Shown one piece after another: positions 9,601-18,480 of a stretch of DNA of 64,000 nt. The notes under the pieces are model-generated. The model made no database searches. It saw nothing but the letters and a program-made list of their open reading frames with translations, and was not told where the DNA came from. The translations under genes and the position numbers were made by a program. Location: assembly GCA_020852705.1 (NCBI GenBank), contig JADZAP010000027.1, forward strand, positions 68,577 to 132,576, read 5' to 3'. Each line of letters begins with the position of its first letter. The stretch's first letter is position 1. The stretch comes from Ignavibacteria bacterium. Its GTDB lineage: Bacteria > Bacteroidota > Ignavibacteria > Tepidaquicellales > OLB5.

Positions 9601-10417
9601 CTTTATTATGAACAAGATCGCTGTAATCTGTGCTCAACGGCTGGTTAATTAAAGACCAGTCGTTAATCTTATGTTTTTCTGCAATTTCAACGGTTCTTTT
9701 ATAAATATACTTCTGTAAATGTTCAAGGATATTCTTCAGGAAAATATAAACTCTTTTTTGCTCTTCTGATGCATTTTGATTTTTAACATTTCCTGTAACA
9801 ATATGATCGGTAAACTCTTTAATTCCATCTGTTGCCGCTGTTATATGGTAATAATTCTTTGCTTTTTCAAAAAGATTGTTATTAAATACAAAACCATTAG
9901 GCATAATTTCTAAGTAGTTTCGCAAATGTTCTTCCATTCCATCCAGAGTCTTCAGCATCAATGCAGTAGCTAATTCTTCATCGGTATCCCAAGGGAGCTC
10001 ATTAAACAGATTATTTTTAATTAATAATGCCTGAGTATTAAGTTCGTTAAAATGGATGGAAGCAAGATCAGCAGGTTTGTATTTTTTAAATACTTTCTTT
10101 GCCATGAAATTACTTCTGACTTTTAAAACTTCTTTGTCAATTTCATTCAATTTTTTTAATTCATCAGCTTCTTTATTTATGCCAAAGAAATCAACAATAA
10201 AAGAATCCAGAAATCTGGCTGATTCAATTATAATTGCAGAGCGCTCAATATCTGTAACTTCTTTTCCATTATTATCACGGTACTTTTTAAACCTTTCAAA
10301 TGAAGAGGGGTCGGCATCATTATAGTAATTGTAGAATTTATCAGCAAGCTCTTTTAGCTTTTTTGTTTCAAAAAGGTCTTTAAATGTGTACCCGTACTTA
10401 AGTTTCATATCATTCAT
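6671..10417 (-). CDS. multidomain flavin/iron-sulfur oxidoreductase: unknown N-terminal domain + GltD/NfnB-like module + PyrK/NfnA-like module
   Basis: 1248-aa ORF. Cys clusters are CVFCHERGKDSCSKG..GCPLHEKI and CPGTGHRICNDCMKAC. Dinucleotide-binding motifs are VVGMGPAGYT and VVIGGGLTAID. The C-terminal module carries HPGQFYRL, LLAGGGLGNA and the 2Fe-2S-type CMMKEVCAQC. Confidence 0.75.
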   Translation of the reverse strand: MNDMKLKYGYTFKDLFETKKLKELADKFYNYYNDADPSSFERFKKYRDNNGKEVTDIERSAIIIESARFLDSFIVDFFGINKEADELKKLNEIDKEVLKVRSNFMAKKVFKKYKPADLASIHFNELNTQALLIKNNLFNELPWDTDEELATALMLKTLDGMEEHLRNYLEIMPNGFVFNNNLFEKAKNYYHITAATDGIKEFTDHIVTGNVKNQNASEEQKRVYIFLKNILEHLQKYIYKRTVEIAEKHKINDWSLINQPLSTDYSDLVHNKVEFEGIPEKVYGDEETLRKRDGFKLTDHRYDNRHIMGEVEYCVFCHERGKDSCSKGMLEKDGTPKHNPLGIKLTGCPLHEKISEMHLLKYEGRSIGSLAIIMIDNPMCPGTGHRICNDCMKACIYQKQEPVDIPQIETRSLTDVLYLPWGFEIYSLLTRWNPINVARPYELPYNGKNVMVVGMGPAGYTLAQYLLNEGFCVVGVDGLKIEHIHPDITGGRNENGNYITPKPVLNYTDIQDELDKRVFLGFGGVSEYGITVRWDKNFLKVEYLTLARRKHFKVYDGVRFGGTIEIDDAWKLGIDHIAIATGAGKPTIVKMKNNLIRGIRKASDFLMALQLTGAAKKDSLANLMLQLPAVVIGGGLTAIDTSTEAFAYYPIQVEKFIDKFEACVKVLGEETTMSMYDAEEKGIVKTFLQHGAAVRAERKRAADAGEEPNFVSLVRNWGGVTLCYRKSLNDSPAYRLNHEEVIKSLEEGIYYWEKLSPQEAVPNEFGAVKQIIFRKQEKTDDGKYIDLDETVTLPAKTVLIAAGTSPNVIYEREHQGTFELDEKNQFFQTFKLGEDGKLIKVGKNETGFFTSYNKDGKFITCYGDNHPRYAGNVVKAMASAKDGYKEVAKIFKDFIKDEQPEDLEKNYLEFINKLDSEFIATVHEVNILTPTIVEVVLKAPMQAKKFHPGQFYRLQNYETTASTIDGSKMMMEGLALTGAWVDKEKGLLSLIILEMWGSSRMCRHLKQGQRVVVMGPTGEPTTIPKGETVLLAGGGLGNAVLFSVAKALKDAGNKVIYFAGYRNTSDVFKRNEVEEGTDQVIWSNDFGDTIQPRRPQDRAITANIVQAMIAYAEGKLEHNAEDKTLFDLKNVNRIIAIGSDRMMKAVQESRHGVLKPYINPVHTAIASINSPMQCMMKEVCAQCLQKHVDPVTGKESFVFTCFNQDQFMDEVDFNNLNSRLKNNSVLEKLTKFWMDHLFAKANNQFTTN

Positions 10418-10739
10418 TTTATAATGAACTCCAGTAAAAATTTAATAAATATTTTGAATACTTTGGAAAATTATGCAGGGCATAAATATATTTCAATAAA
10501 AAAATACACTGATTTATAAAAAGTTAAATATAGAAAGAAAACTTACTTCAAAATTATTAATAATATTCATATAATTCTATGATATATGTCATTATTTTAA
10601 GAAAGCAAATGTAAAATGTATATTGAGAGATAAAAAATTGCCTAATCAATTGATTTATGAAGCGGTATAAGTTATCTTTGTAAAAATCCATACAAACCGT
10701 TTATTATATAACAAAATTAAAAATTCAGGATAAAGTTAA

Positions 10740-12962
10740 GTGAATTTAGATAAAGAGCTTAATATTGAGCAAAGGAAAGCTGTTGAACAAATAGAAGGTC
10801 CCTGTATGATTGTTGCAGGTGCTGGCAGCGGAAAAACAAGGGTGTTAACATATAAAATTGCTTATTTAATTGAATCAGGAATTAATCCGTTTGACATACT
10901 TGCATTAACTTTTACAAATAAAGCTGCCAATGAAATGAAAAATCGCATACATAAATTAGCAGGTGCTGCTGCAGAAAATTTATGGATGGGGACATTTCAC
11001 TCAGTTTTTGCCAAGATATTAAGGATTGAAGCACAATATATAGGATATGACCGAAATTTTACTATATATGATGATGATGACTCAGTAAAACTGATTGAAA
11101 ATGTTATGAAGGAATTGGGTTTTTCAACAGATAATATAAAACCTAAAACAGTTTACAGTTATATTAAGGGCTTAAAAAACAAATGCATTTTGCCCGATGA
11201 TATTAGTGTGCGCTCAAACCCGTTTGAAAAAATTGCAGCACCTGTTTACAAAGAGTACCAAATTAGACTTATAAAAAATAATGCTATGGATTTTGATGAC
11301 CTTCTGATAAATCCGATATTGCTGTTTCGCCAAAACCCGGAAGTACTGAAGAAATATCAAAATCGCTTTAAGTTTATATTAGTAGATGAATATCAGGATA
11401 CAAATCTTGCGCAATATGAAATTGTGAAAACTCTATCACAATTACATGGCAACATTTCGGTAGTTGGCGATGATGCTCAAAGTATTTACAGATGGCGGGG
11501 AGCGGAGATTGAAAATATTTTGAAGTTTGAGTCTGATTTTGATACCTGCCATGTGTTTAAGCTAGAGCAGAATTACCGCTCAACAAAAAATATTCTTCAT
11601 CTTGCGGATGAAGTAATTAAGAATAATAAGCGGCAGATCAAAAAGACTCTTTATACCGAAAATCACGATGGGGAAAAAGTAACCCTTTCAGAAGTTTTTA
11701 GCGATAGGGATGAAGGGATGATGATTGTTAAATGGATATTTAATGAGATACAGAACCGAAAGCTGAATTTTAAAGATTTTGTAATATTATACAGAACTAA
11801 TGCACAATCCCGTATTATAGAAGATGCTTTAAGAACAAATTCCATTCCTTATATAATTGTTGGCGGAGTTAAGTTCTATCAGCGTAAGGAAATTAAGGAT
11901 GTACTTGCGTATCTTAAAGTACTTGTTAACCCAAAAGATGATGAAGCTATGACAAGGATACTTAAGCTTCGGGAAGGAATTGGTGAGCAGACTGTAGAAA
12001 AGCTAAAAACAATGGCAAAGGAAATTGCTAAATCCATAGCAGAAGTTCTGCTTACTATGCTGGACGAAAAAGATATAAATGGTGATGATAAAAAGAGAAA
12101 GCATACAAAAATAGAGAATGAACTTATCAGGGTAGCTGAGATTATCAAGAAGTATAATGAAGTTAAACAAGGGCTTTCGCCTAGTGAACTTGCAAGAAGT
12201 ATTGTTGATGAAATTGGAATTTTACGCGAGCTAAGGAATGAGGGAACAGATGAATCGATGGATAGAATGTATAACGTGCAGGAATTACTTTCCGGTATTT
12301 CTGATTATACTGATAATACTGATGAAGCAACATTAGAAGGATTTCTGCATGAAGTAAGCTTAGTAACTGATATTGATAAGTACGATACAGAAAAGAATGC
12401 TGTTACACTTATGACAACTCACTCATCAAAGGGGCTGGAGTTCCCGGTTGTGTTTATAAGCGGTTTAGAAGAAGGAATATTTCCGCTTTCAAGCTCAATG
12501 CTTGAGCAGGAAGAAATGGAAGAAGAACGCCGGTTATTTTATGTAGCAATAACAAGAGCAATGCATAAACTCTATATGTCATATTCACTTCAGCGTTACC
12601 GGTTTGGCAGTGTAAGTTATCAGATGAAATCAAGATTTCTGAATGAAATTGATACTAAAAAACTGGATTACAAAAAATCTTCGGTACTTACAAAACATAA
12701 AAGCCGTCAGGTGCATCATGAAGAAGGAAGTTCTATAAGGTATGAACTATATGGCAGTAAAACCAATGATGATACAATTAATGATATATTCAGGGAAGAT
12801 CTTGGAGTTAAAAAAGGCAGTGTAGTTTTTCATAATAATTTTGGTAAGGGAAAGGTTATTGAAGTAACCGGACGCGGGGATTCCAAAAAAGCTCAGATAC
12901 TATTTGATAAGGCAGGGGTGAAAAATATTATCTTAAAATACGCAAACCTTACGGTCAAATAA
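10740..12962 (+). CDS. pcrA: ATP-dependent DNA helicase PcrA/UvrD
   Basis: 740 aa with a GTG start. SF1 helicase motifs are present: AGAGSGKT, TFTNKAA, LVDEYQDTN, QNYRS, TTHSSKGLEFP and YVAITRA. Confidence 0.9.
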   Translation: MNLDKELNIEQRKAVEQIEGPCMIVAGAGSGKTRVLTYKIAYLIESGINPFDILALTFTNKAANEMKNRIHKLAGAAAENLWMGTFHSVFAKILRIEAQYIGYDRNFTIYDDDDSVKLIENVMKELGFSTDNIKPKTVYSYIKGLKNKCILPDDISVRSNPFEKIAAPVYKEYQIRLIKNNAMDFDDLLINPILLFRQNPEVLKKYQNRFKFILVDEYQDTNLAQYEIVKTLSQLHGNISVVGDDAQSIYRWRGAEIENILKFESDFDTCHVFKLEQNYRSTKNILHLADEVIKNNKRQIKKTLYTENHDGEKVTLSEVFSDRDEGMMIVKWIFNEIQNRKLNFKDFVILYRTNAQSRIIEDALRTNSIPYIIVGGVKFYQRKEIKDVLAYLKVLVNPKDDEAMTRILKLREGIGEQTVEKLKTMAKEIAKSIAEVLLTMLDEKDINGDDKKRKHTKIENELIRVAEIIKKYNEVKQGLSPSELARSIVDEIGILRELRNEGTDESMDRMYNVQELLSGISDYTDNTDEATLEGFLHEVSLVTDIDKYDTEKNAVTLMTTHSSKGLEFPVVFISGLEEGIFPLSSSMLEQEEMEEERRLFYVAITRAMHKLYMSYSLQRYRFGSVSYQMKSRFLNEIDTKKLDYKKSSVLTKHKSRQVHHEEGSSIRYELYGSKTNDDTINDIFREDLGVKKGSVVFHNNFGKGKVIEVTGRGDSKKAQILFDKAGVKNIILKYANLTVK

Positions 12963-13030
12963 CAATTAACATATAACAAATAACAGATGATTTCAAAAAA
13001 ATAATTTTAAAATTAAAAATTTTTTTAATT

Positions 13031-13393
13031 ATGAATAATAAAAGTGATAATGTTTTAATGGATAAATCGTTTTTATTTGCAATAAGAATTGTTCGCCTTT
13101 ATCAGTATCTTTGTAAAGAGCATAATGAATTTGTGCTTTCAAAGCAGATTGTTAGATGTGGTACTTCTGTTGGCGCAAATGTTGAAGAAGCTCACGGTGG
13201 AATAAGTGATGCTGATTTTTCAAATAAAATATCAATATCTTATAAAGAAGCCAGAGAAACAAAATATTGGCTTAGATTATTAAATGCCACCGATTATATA
13301 GATAAAAAACTTTTTGACTCGATGTATTCAGATTGTGATGAATTATGTAAGTTATCTTATTCAATATTAGATACTACAAGGATTAGTAGTTAA
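13031..13393 (+). CDS. four-helix-bundle protein (23S rRNA intervening-sequence protein / Avd-like family)
   Basis: 120 aa with the family signature RCGTSVGANVEEA ... EARETKYWLRLL. Confidence 0.8.
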   Translation: MNNKSDNVLMDKSFLFAIRIVRLYQYLCKEHNEFVLSKQIVRCGTSVGANVEEAHGGISDADFSNKISISYKEARETKYWLRLLNATDYIDKKLFDSMYSDCDELCKLSYSILDTTRISS

Positions 13394-13406
13394 AAAAAGA
13401 AAAATA

Positions 13407-13448
13407 ATATTTAATTTTTGTTATTTGATATTTAATTTTTGTTATTTG
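13407..13448. repeat. perfect 21-bp tandem duplication (atatttaatttttgttatttg x2)
   Basis: Read directly: copy 1 is 13407-13427 and copy 2 is 13428-13448. It ends 1 nt before the ATG of the EVE-domain gene. Confidence 0.9.
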
Positions 13449-13449
13449 T

Positions 13450-13854
13450 ATGAAATTTTTATTAAAAACAGAACCGACAGTTTATTCATACTCAGATCTG
13501 GAAAAAGATAAAAAAACCGTATGGGATGGTGTTACAAGTCCGGGTGGTTTGTTTCAGATAAAGACTGCCCGCAAGGGGGATATTGCTTATATCTATCACA
13601 CCGGTAAGGAAAAACAAGTTGTTGGAATTTGTGAAATTATAACTGATCCGTATGTTGATCCCAAGGCAGGAAATCCGAAAATTTTTATTTTTGACATAAA
13701 GCCTAGGAGAAAACTTCCGAATCCCGTTACACTTGAACAGATTAAAAAAGATAAACGCACATGTGATTCACGAATAGTTAGAGAGGGCAGGCTTTCAGTT
13801 CAGCCGGTTGATGAAAAAGTTTGGAATGCAATACTTGAAATGTCTGAAATATAA
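13450..13854 (+). CDS. EVE (PUA-like) domain protein
   Basis: 134 aa. It has the N-terminus FLLKTEPTVYSYSDL..VWDGV and the later GDIAYIYHTG typical of EVE/DUF55 proteins. Confidence 0.8.
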   Translation: MKFLLKTEPTVYSYSDLEKDKKTVWDGVTSPGGLFQIKTARKGDIAYIYHTGKEKQVVGICEIITDPYVDPKAGNPKIFIFDIKPRRKLPNPVTLEQIKKDKRTCDSRIVREGRLSVQPVDEKVWNAILEMSEI

Positions 13855-13904
13855 ATAAATTAATTAATAAATTTACAGAAAAGTAATAATATAATAAATT
13901 AAAA

Positions 13905-14402
13905 ATGGCAGATAATTATTCATTTGATATAGTTTCAGAAATTGATTGGCAGGAAATTGATAATGCAGTTAATCAGGCACGAAAAGAAATACTTCAGCGG
14001 TATGACTTTAAAGGCTCTAAAAGTACAATTGAATATTCACAGAAGGATAAGACAATTACAATAATGGGAGATGATGACTACAAAACGAAAGCAATTATTG
14101 ATATGCTGCAAAATAAATTTGTAAAAAGGCATATTCCGCTTAAATCCATGAAATATAAAACACAGGAGCAGGCAGGCGGAGGAATGATTAAGCAAATTAT
14201 AGAAGTACAGCAGGGAATAAGCAAAGATAATGCAAAACTTTTAGTGAAGATCATTAAGGATTCCAAAATTAAAGTTCAGGCAGCAATACAGGATGAACAG
14301 GTAAGGGTTTCAGGCAGAGATAAAGACCTGCTTCAGGAAACTATTCAGCTTGTTAAAAACGCAGAACTTGATTTTGCAGTTCAGTTCACAAATTACCGCT
14401 GA
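13905..14402 (+). CDS. yajQ: YajQ-family nucleotide (c-di-GMP)-binding protein
   Basis: 165 aa. SFDIVSEIDWQEIDNAVNQARKEILQRYDFKGS is a near-canonical UPF0234/YajQ N-terminus. Confidence 0.9.
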   Translation: MADNYSFDIVSEIDWQEIDNAVNQARKEILQRYDFKGSKSTIEYSQKDKTITIMGDDDYKTKAIIDMLQNKFVKRHIPLKSMKYKTQEQAGGGMIKQIIEVQQGISKDNAKLLVKIIKDSKIKVQAAIQDEQVRVSGRDKDLLQETIQLVKNAELDFAVQFTNYR

Positions 14403-14426
14403 TCAAATAACAATGTGTAATTATTA

Positions 14427-15227
14427 ATGAGAAATTTTAAGATCAATTTGAAACATTTTAACAAAGTGAAGAGAACGATTTCACTCTTAATTATTTATTG
14501 TTTATTATTAATTACAAATTACTCATTGCTATCTCAGCCTAAGTTAGATGTTATATACATTGATGCCGGGCACGGAGGCAAGGACCCGGGTACAATAGGT
14601 GATAAATACGGTGTGCAGGAAAAAAATATAGTTCTGCCAATTGCAATGAAACTTGGCAAAATGATAGAAGATAAATTTCCCGGAATTAGGGTTGTATATT
14701 CCAGAACTACTGACGAATTTACAAACGTTAAAGAACGCACTTCTCAGGCAAATAAAGTACGAGCAAAACTTTATATAAGTATTCATGCTAATCATAAAAA
14801 AATGGAAGAGAGTGAAAAAAACGGATTTGAAGTTTATTTGCTGAATAAAGAAAGAATGCCTGAGGCAGTATTGTTTACTTTAAATGAAAATTATAAGCTT
14901 GCTTTTCAGAAGTTTGGAAATGATTCACTTGATAATTTTATATTTGCATCACTTGCGCAGTCAGGTTATACCAGAATGAGTGAGTATTTTGCCTCAATAG
15001 CTGAAATAAGTATGTTAAGTTATACCGAACTTGAGTCGAGAGGAGTTTACCAAGCTGGTAACTGGGTAACGCTTGGGGCATCAATGCCAAGTGTTCTTGT
15101 TGAAACCGGTTACCTTTCCGATATAAATGATGAAAAATATCTTTCAAGTGAAAAAGGACAAAATGATATTGCAATAGCGTTATTCAATTCATTCATGAAT
15201 TTTAAATCTCTTTACGAATCACAATAA
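14427..15227 (+). CDS. N-acetylmuramoyl-L-alanine amidase (Amidase_3)
   Basis: 266 aa with an N-terminal membrane anchor, plus IDAGHGGKDPG, SIHAN and VLVETGYLS motifs. Confidence 0.85.
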   Translation: MRNFKINLKHFNKVKRTISLLIIYCLLLITNYSLLSQPKLDVIYIDAGHGGKDPGTIGDKYGVQEKNIVLPIAMKLGKMIEDKFPGIRVVYSRTTDEFTNVKERTSQANKVRAKLYISIHANHKKMEESEKNGFEVYLLNKERMPEAVLFTLNENYKLAFQKFGNDSLDNFIFASLAQSGYTRMSEYFASIAEISMLSYTELESRGVYQAGNWVTLGASMPSVLVETGYLSDINDEKYLSSEKGQNDIAIALFNSFMNFKSLYESQ

Positions 15228-15341
15228 ATCAATAAATATCATTTATTTATTATTATTTTAAATTTATAAGGTTGCATTTACCTTATTTAGCTATTATATT
15301 TACAGTTAAGGTTATCATATAAACCAATATTTTAAATAATT

Positions 15342-16049
15342 ATGAGTAACTACTTTAAATATATAGCTATCCTATTATTGTTGATTTTTTCTGTTGGTTG
15401 CACAAAGGAACGTGATGAGACTAGTAAAACCAGTTTCCAGATACTAGCAGATAAGGAAAAGGAATTGAATGACCGTGAAGCAAGAGTAAAGCTTAAAGAA
15501 ATTGAGCTTGAAGAACGTGAAAAAAAGCTTGGCTTAGTTGACAATTCTTCTGATCAGCAAAATACAAATCCAACTGATACTGCAGGTAAGCATAATTTTA
15601 CCCAGGTACAAAAAGATTCTTTAAAGAAGATTGAGGCTGAAAAGAAAAAGGAAAAGAAAAAAGAGATACAAAAAGAGATCACAAAAAAGTTTGAAAATCC
15701 AACATCAACAGTAAAGGATTATTATGAATATATACAGCGGGGAATAAATGAAACAGGCAACTTTGATTCAAACATGAAGAAAGCTCAGAAATATTTTCCA
15801 TCCCGAACAGTTGATAAACTTAAATCTGGTTACAGAAACACAAAACAATTTACAATTGTAGATGAGCCAAAAGTATTAAGCCAAAAAGAAAACAAAGCAA
15901 GTGTAGTAGCAAAGGTTAAGCAAACACAGACCGTTAAAAAGGACGGGAAAGATACTGAAGTAACAAAAACATTAACGGTAACATATAATCTGTTAGCCAA
16001 TAAAAATGGTGAGTGGGTAATTACAGGTAACACCGTAAAAGAAGAATAA
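15342..16049 (+). CDS. lipoprotein, coiled-coil/Lys-rich linker plus C-terminal globular domain
   Basis: 235 aa with lipobox LIFSVGC. The middle is a charged low-complexity region (EKKKEKKKEIQKE). The C-terminal half is of unknown fold. Confidence 0.5.
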   Translation: MSNYFKYIAILLLLIFSVGCTKERDETSKTSFQILADKEKELNDREARVKLKEIELEEREKKLGLVDNSSDQQNTNPTDTAGKHNFTQVQKDSLKKIEAEKKKEKKKEIQKEITKKFENPTSTVKDYYEYIQRGINETGNFDSNMKKAQKYFPSRTVDKLKSGYRNTKQFTIVDEPKVLSQKENKASVVAKVKQTQTVKKDGKDTEVTKTLTVTYNLLANKNGEWVITGNTVKEE

Positions 16050-16098
16050 TGTTATAAAAAGTATAGGCCACCTTTTAAAAAAAATCCTTTAAAAAGAG

Positions 16099-16124
16099 AC
16101 CCGGCTTGTTGCCGGGTTTTTTTA
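16099..16124 (+). terminator. rho-independent terminator
   Basis: The stem acccggc/gccgggt has a 5-nt loop (ttgtt) and is followed by a T7 run. It lies about 50 nt after the lipoprotein stop. Confidence 0.8.
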
Positions 16125-16430
16125 TATAATATTTTTAAAATCTTCAATGTAATTACCATTTACTTTCTGAATACTTTAAATTAAATTTAAAATAAAATAC
16201 AGTATCTGAAATCAAGTTATGGTTCTGAGTTTATATTGAAATCACTTAATTTAGTTTAGAATTACATATATAAATTAAATACGGCATTTTTTTCTATGTA
16301 TTTATTTTAATTTTAAAGTAATTCTTCGGTATTTTATCATTCCAATTAAATTATTATTTTTGAAAATCTGTCTTTCGCAGATACTTTCCTACAATAAAAA
16401 ATATTAATATAATAAAGAAAGCAGTAAAAA

Positions 16431-17531
16431 ATGAGCATTTTAGCAGGTAAAAATACAAGATTAATGGTGCAGGGTATAACCGGTTCTGAAGGATCTTTTC
16501 ATACAAGGCAGATTATTGAATACGGTACAAATGTAGTGGCAGGCGTTACACCGGGTAAAGGCGGCACAAGTTTTGATGATAAGGTTCCAATTTTTAATAC
16601 ATGTAAAGAAGCTGTAGTTAGAACCAAAGCAAATACTACAGTAATTTTTGTACCGCCCGCTTTTGCACTTGATGCAATTCTTGAAGCAGCAGATTCAGGT
16701 GTAGAATTAATAGTTACTATTACCGAAGGTATTCCGACCAGAGACATGATTGCAGCTAAAAATTATATTGAAGATGTAAACCGCTCGGGAAGAAGATTAA
16801 GGATGATAGGTCCGAATTGCCCGGGAATAATAACTCCGGGTGAAGCTAAAATCGGAATTATGCCGGGCTTTATTCATTTACCCGGCAGGGTGGGATTGAT
16901 TTCAAGAAGCGGAACGTTAACATATGAAGCAGTTGCACAGTTAACATCACTTGGATTAGGACAATCAACCTGTATTGGAATAGGCGGTGACCCGATTATA
17001 GGAACAAATTTTACAGATGCAATGAAACTTTTTAATGAAGACCCTGAAACAGATGCAGTTATTATGATTGGCGAAATTGGGGGTAATGCTGAAGAAACTT
17101 GTGCTGAATATGTTAAAAACTATATGACAAAACCCGTTGTAGGATTTATAGCAGGAAGAACAGCACCGCCGGGAAGAAGAATGGGGCATGCAGGGGCAAT
17201 TATTGCCGGAGGTAAAGGAACTGCAGCTGATAAAATAAATGTAATGAAGGATGCAGGAATTTATGTTGCTGAGTCACCTGCTGATATGGGTATGATGGTG
17301 CAGATTGCACTGGAAGAGTTGAATGCCGAGACGACAGTGAATAAAAAAATGAAAGCTAAAAAAGCAGCAGAAAAAAGATTTATAAAAAAGTCCGGTAAAA
17401 AAATAAACGTGTCAAAGAGTTCAAAATCAAAATCTTCTAAAAAGAAATCTTCTAAAAAGAAGATTTCCCCCAAAAATGCATCTAAAAAGAAATCTTTAAA
17501 AAAGAAATTTTCATCTAAAAAAAAGCGGTAA
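16431..17531 (+). CDS. sucD: succinate--CoA ligase subunit alpha with C-terminal Lys/Ser-rich extension
   Basis: 366 aa. The core is canonical ([27 protein letters not shown], catalytic His in RMGHAGAI). About 60-70 extra residues follow, rich in KKKSSKKK repeats. Confidence 0.9.
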   Translation: MSILAGKNTRLMVQGITGSEGSFHTRQIIEYGTNVVAGVTPGKGGTSFDDKVPIFNTCKEAVVRTKANTTVIFVPPAFALDAILEAADSGVELIVTITEGIPTRDMIAAKNYIEDVNRSGRRLRMIGPNCPGIITPGEAKIGIMPGFIHLPGRVGLISRSGTLTYEAVAQLTSLGLGQSTCIGIGGDPIIGTNFTDAMKLFNEDPETDAVIMIGEIGGNAEETCAEYVKNYMTKPVVGFIAGRTAPPGRRMGHAGAIIAGGKGTAADKINVMKDAGIYVAESPADMGMMVQIALEELNAETTVNKKMKAKKAAEKRFIKKSGKKINVSKSSKSKSSKKKSSKKKISPKNASKKKSLKKKFSSKKKR

Positions 17532-17558
17532 AAAGTTAAATTTTCTTAAAATATAAAA

Positions 17559-17948
17559 ATGAACTATACAATCATCCGGATTATAAATGCAAGATTTTAT
17601 GCACATCATGGTGTGTTAGATTCTGAGAGGATGAGTGGGGGGCTTTTTGAAATTGATGCTGAAATGACTTGCGATGTTACAGAAGCAGAAACAGAAGATA
17701 ATCTTAAAAAAACGCTTGATTATGAACAAGCATACAAATTCATAAAAGAAGTAGTGTCAAGCGAAAAATTCTTTTTGATTGAAGCTTTAGCATACAGAAT
17801 TGCATTAAAAATAATTGGTAATTTTAATGTTGTGCAAAAAGTTGTAATAAAAGTACGAAAACCTTCGCCGCCGCTTGGAGGTTTAACAGAATATGTAGAA
17901 GTTGAGCATACTGAATACAGACATGCTGAAAAACAGCAGATTAAATAG
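17559..17948 (+). CDS. folB: dihydroneopterin aldolase
   Basis: 129 aa with FYAHHGVLDSER and VVIKVRKP motifs. It lies directly upstream of folK. Confidence 0.8.
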   Translation: MNYTIIRIINARFYAHHGVLDSERMSGGLFEIDAEMTCDVTEAETEDNLKKTLDYEQAYKFIKEVVSSEKFFLIEALAYRIALKIIGNFNVVQKVVIKVRKPSPPLGGLTEYVEVEHTEYRHAEKQQIK

Positions 17949-17965
17949 GGGATGTAAAAATATAA

Positions 17966-18448
17966 TTGGTAAAAGTTGTTTTGGGTTTCGGTTCTAATTT
18001 AGGTAACAGAAAGAATATAATCAGGAGTGCAATTAAATTTCTGGCTTTGAACAGTAAGCTTAATCTTTTAAAATTATCTTCAATGTATGAAACTGAGCCA
18101 TGGGGATATACAGAACAGAATTCTTTTATTAACTGTGCGGCTGTTTATTTATCCCGCTTAAATGTTCATCAATTATTTAAGTTAATTAAAAGATGTGAAA
18201 AAGTACTTGGCAGAGTAAAGCGGCCAAAATGGCATTCACGGGAAATTGATATAGATATACTTTTTTGGAATCGGGATATAATTAAAAACAAAAAACTAAT
18301 AATACCGCATCCGCAGCTTCAAAACAGAAATTTTATCCTTAAACCTCTATTGGAAATAATACCGGAGTTTACTCATCCAGTTCTTAAGAAAGATATAGAG
18401 ACTCTTTACAATAACAGCGTTGATAATTGCAGAGTAATAGCAGTTTAA
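17966..18448 (+). CDS. folK: 2-amino-4-hydroxy-6-hydroxymethyldihydropteridine diphosphokinase
   Basis: 160 aa with LGFGSNLGNR, YETEPWGY, REIDIDIL and IPHPQL motifs. A TTG start is implied. Confidence 0.85.
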   Translation: MVKVVLGFGSNLGNRKNIIRSAIKFLALNSKLNLLKLSSMYETEPWGYTEQNSFINCAAVYLSRLNVHQLFKLIKRCEKVLGRVKRPKWHSREIDIDILFWNRDIIKNKKLIIPHPQLQNRNFILKPLLEIIPEFTHPVLKKDIETLYNNSVDNCRVIAV

Positions 18449-18480
18449 AGTAAAAATTATATAATAATTTTAGTTAACCA

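Noticed and set aside
13031-13393. Four-helix-bundle protein as the Avd accessory of a diversity-generating retroelement
   Set aside because: The window contains no reverse transcriptase and no template/variable repeat pair. The only nearby repeat is a 21-bp tandem duplication.
10740-14402. pcrA + four-helix-bundle + EVE + YajQ as a possible defence island
   Set aside because: PcrA has all housekeeping SF1 motifs and normal length. The EVE and YajQ genes are stand-alone, widely conserved proteins, and no nuclease, methyltransferase or toxin partners are present.
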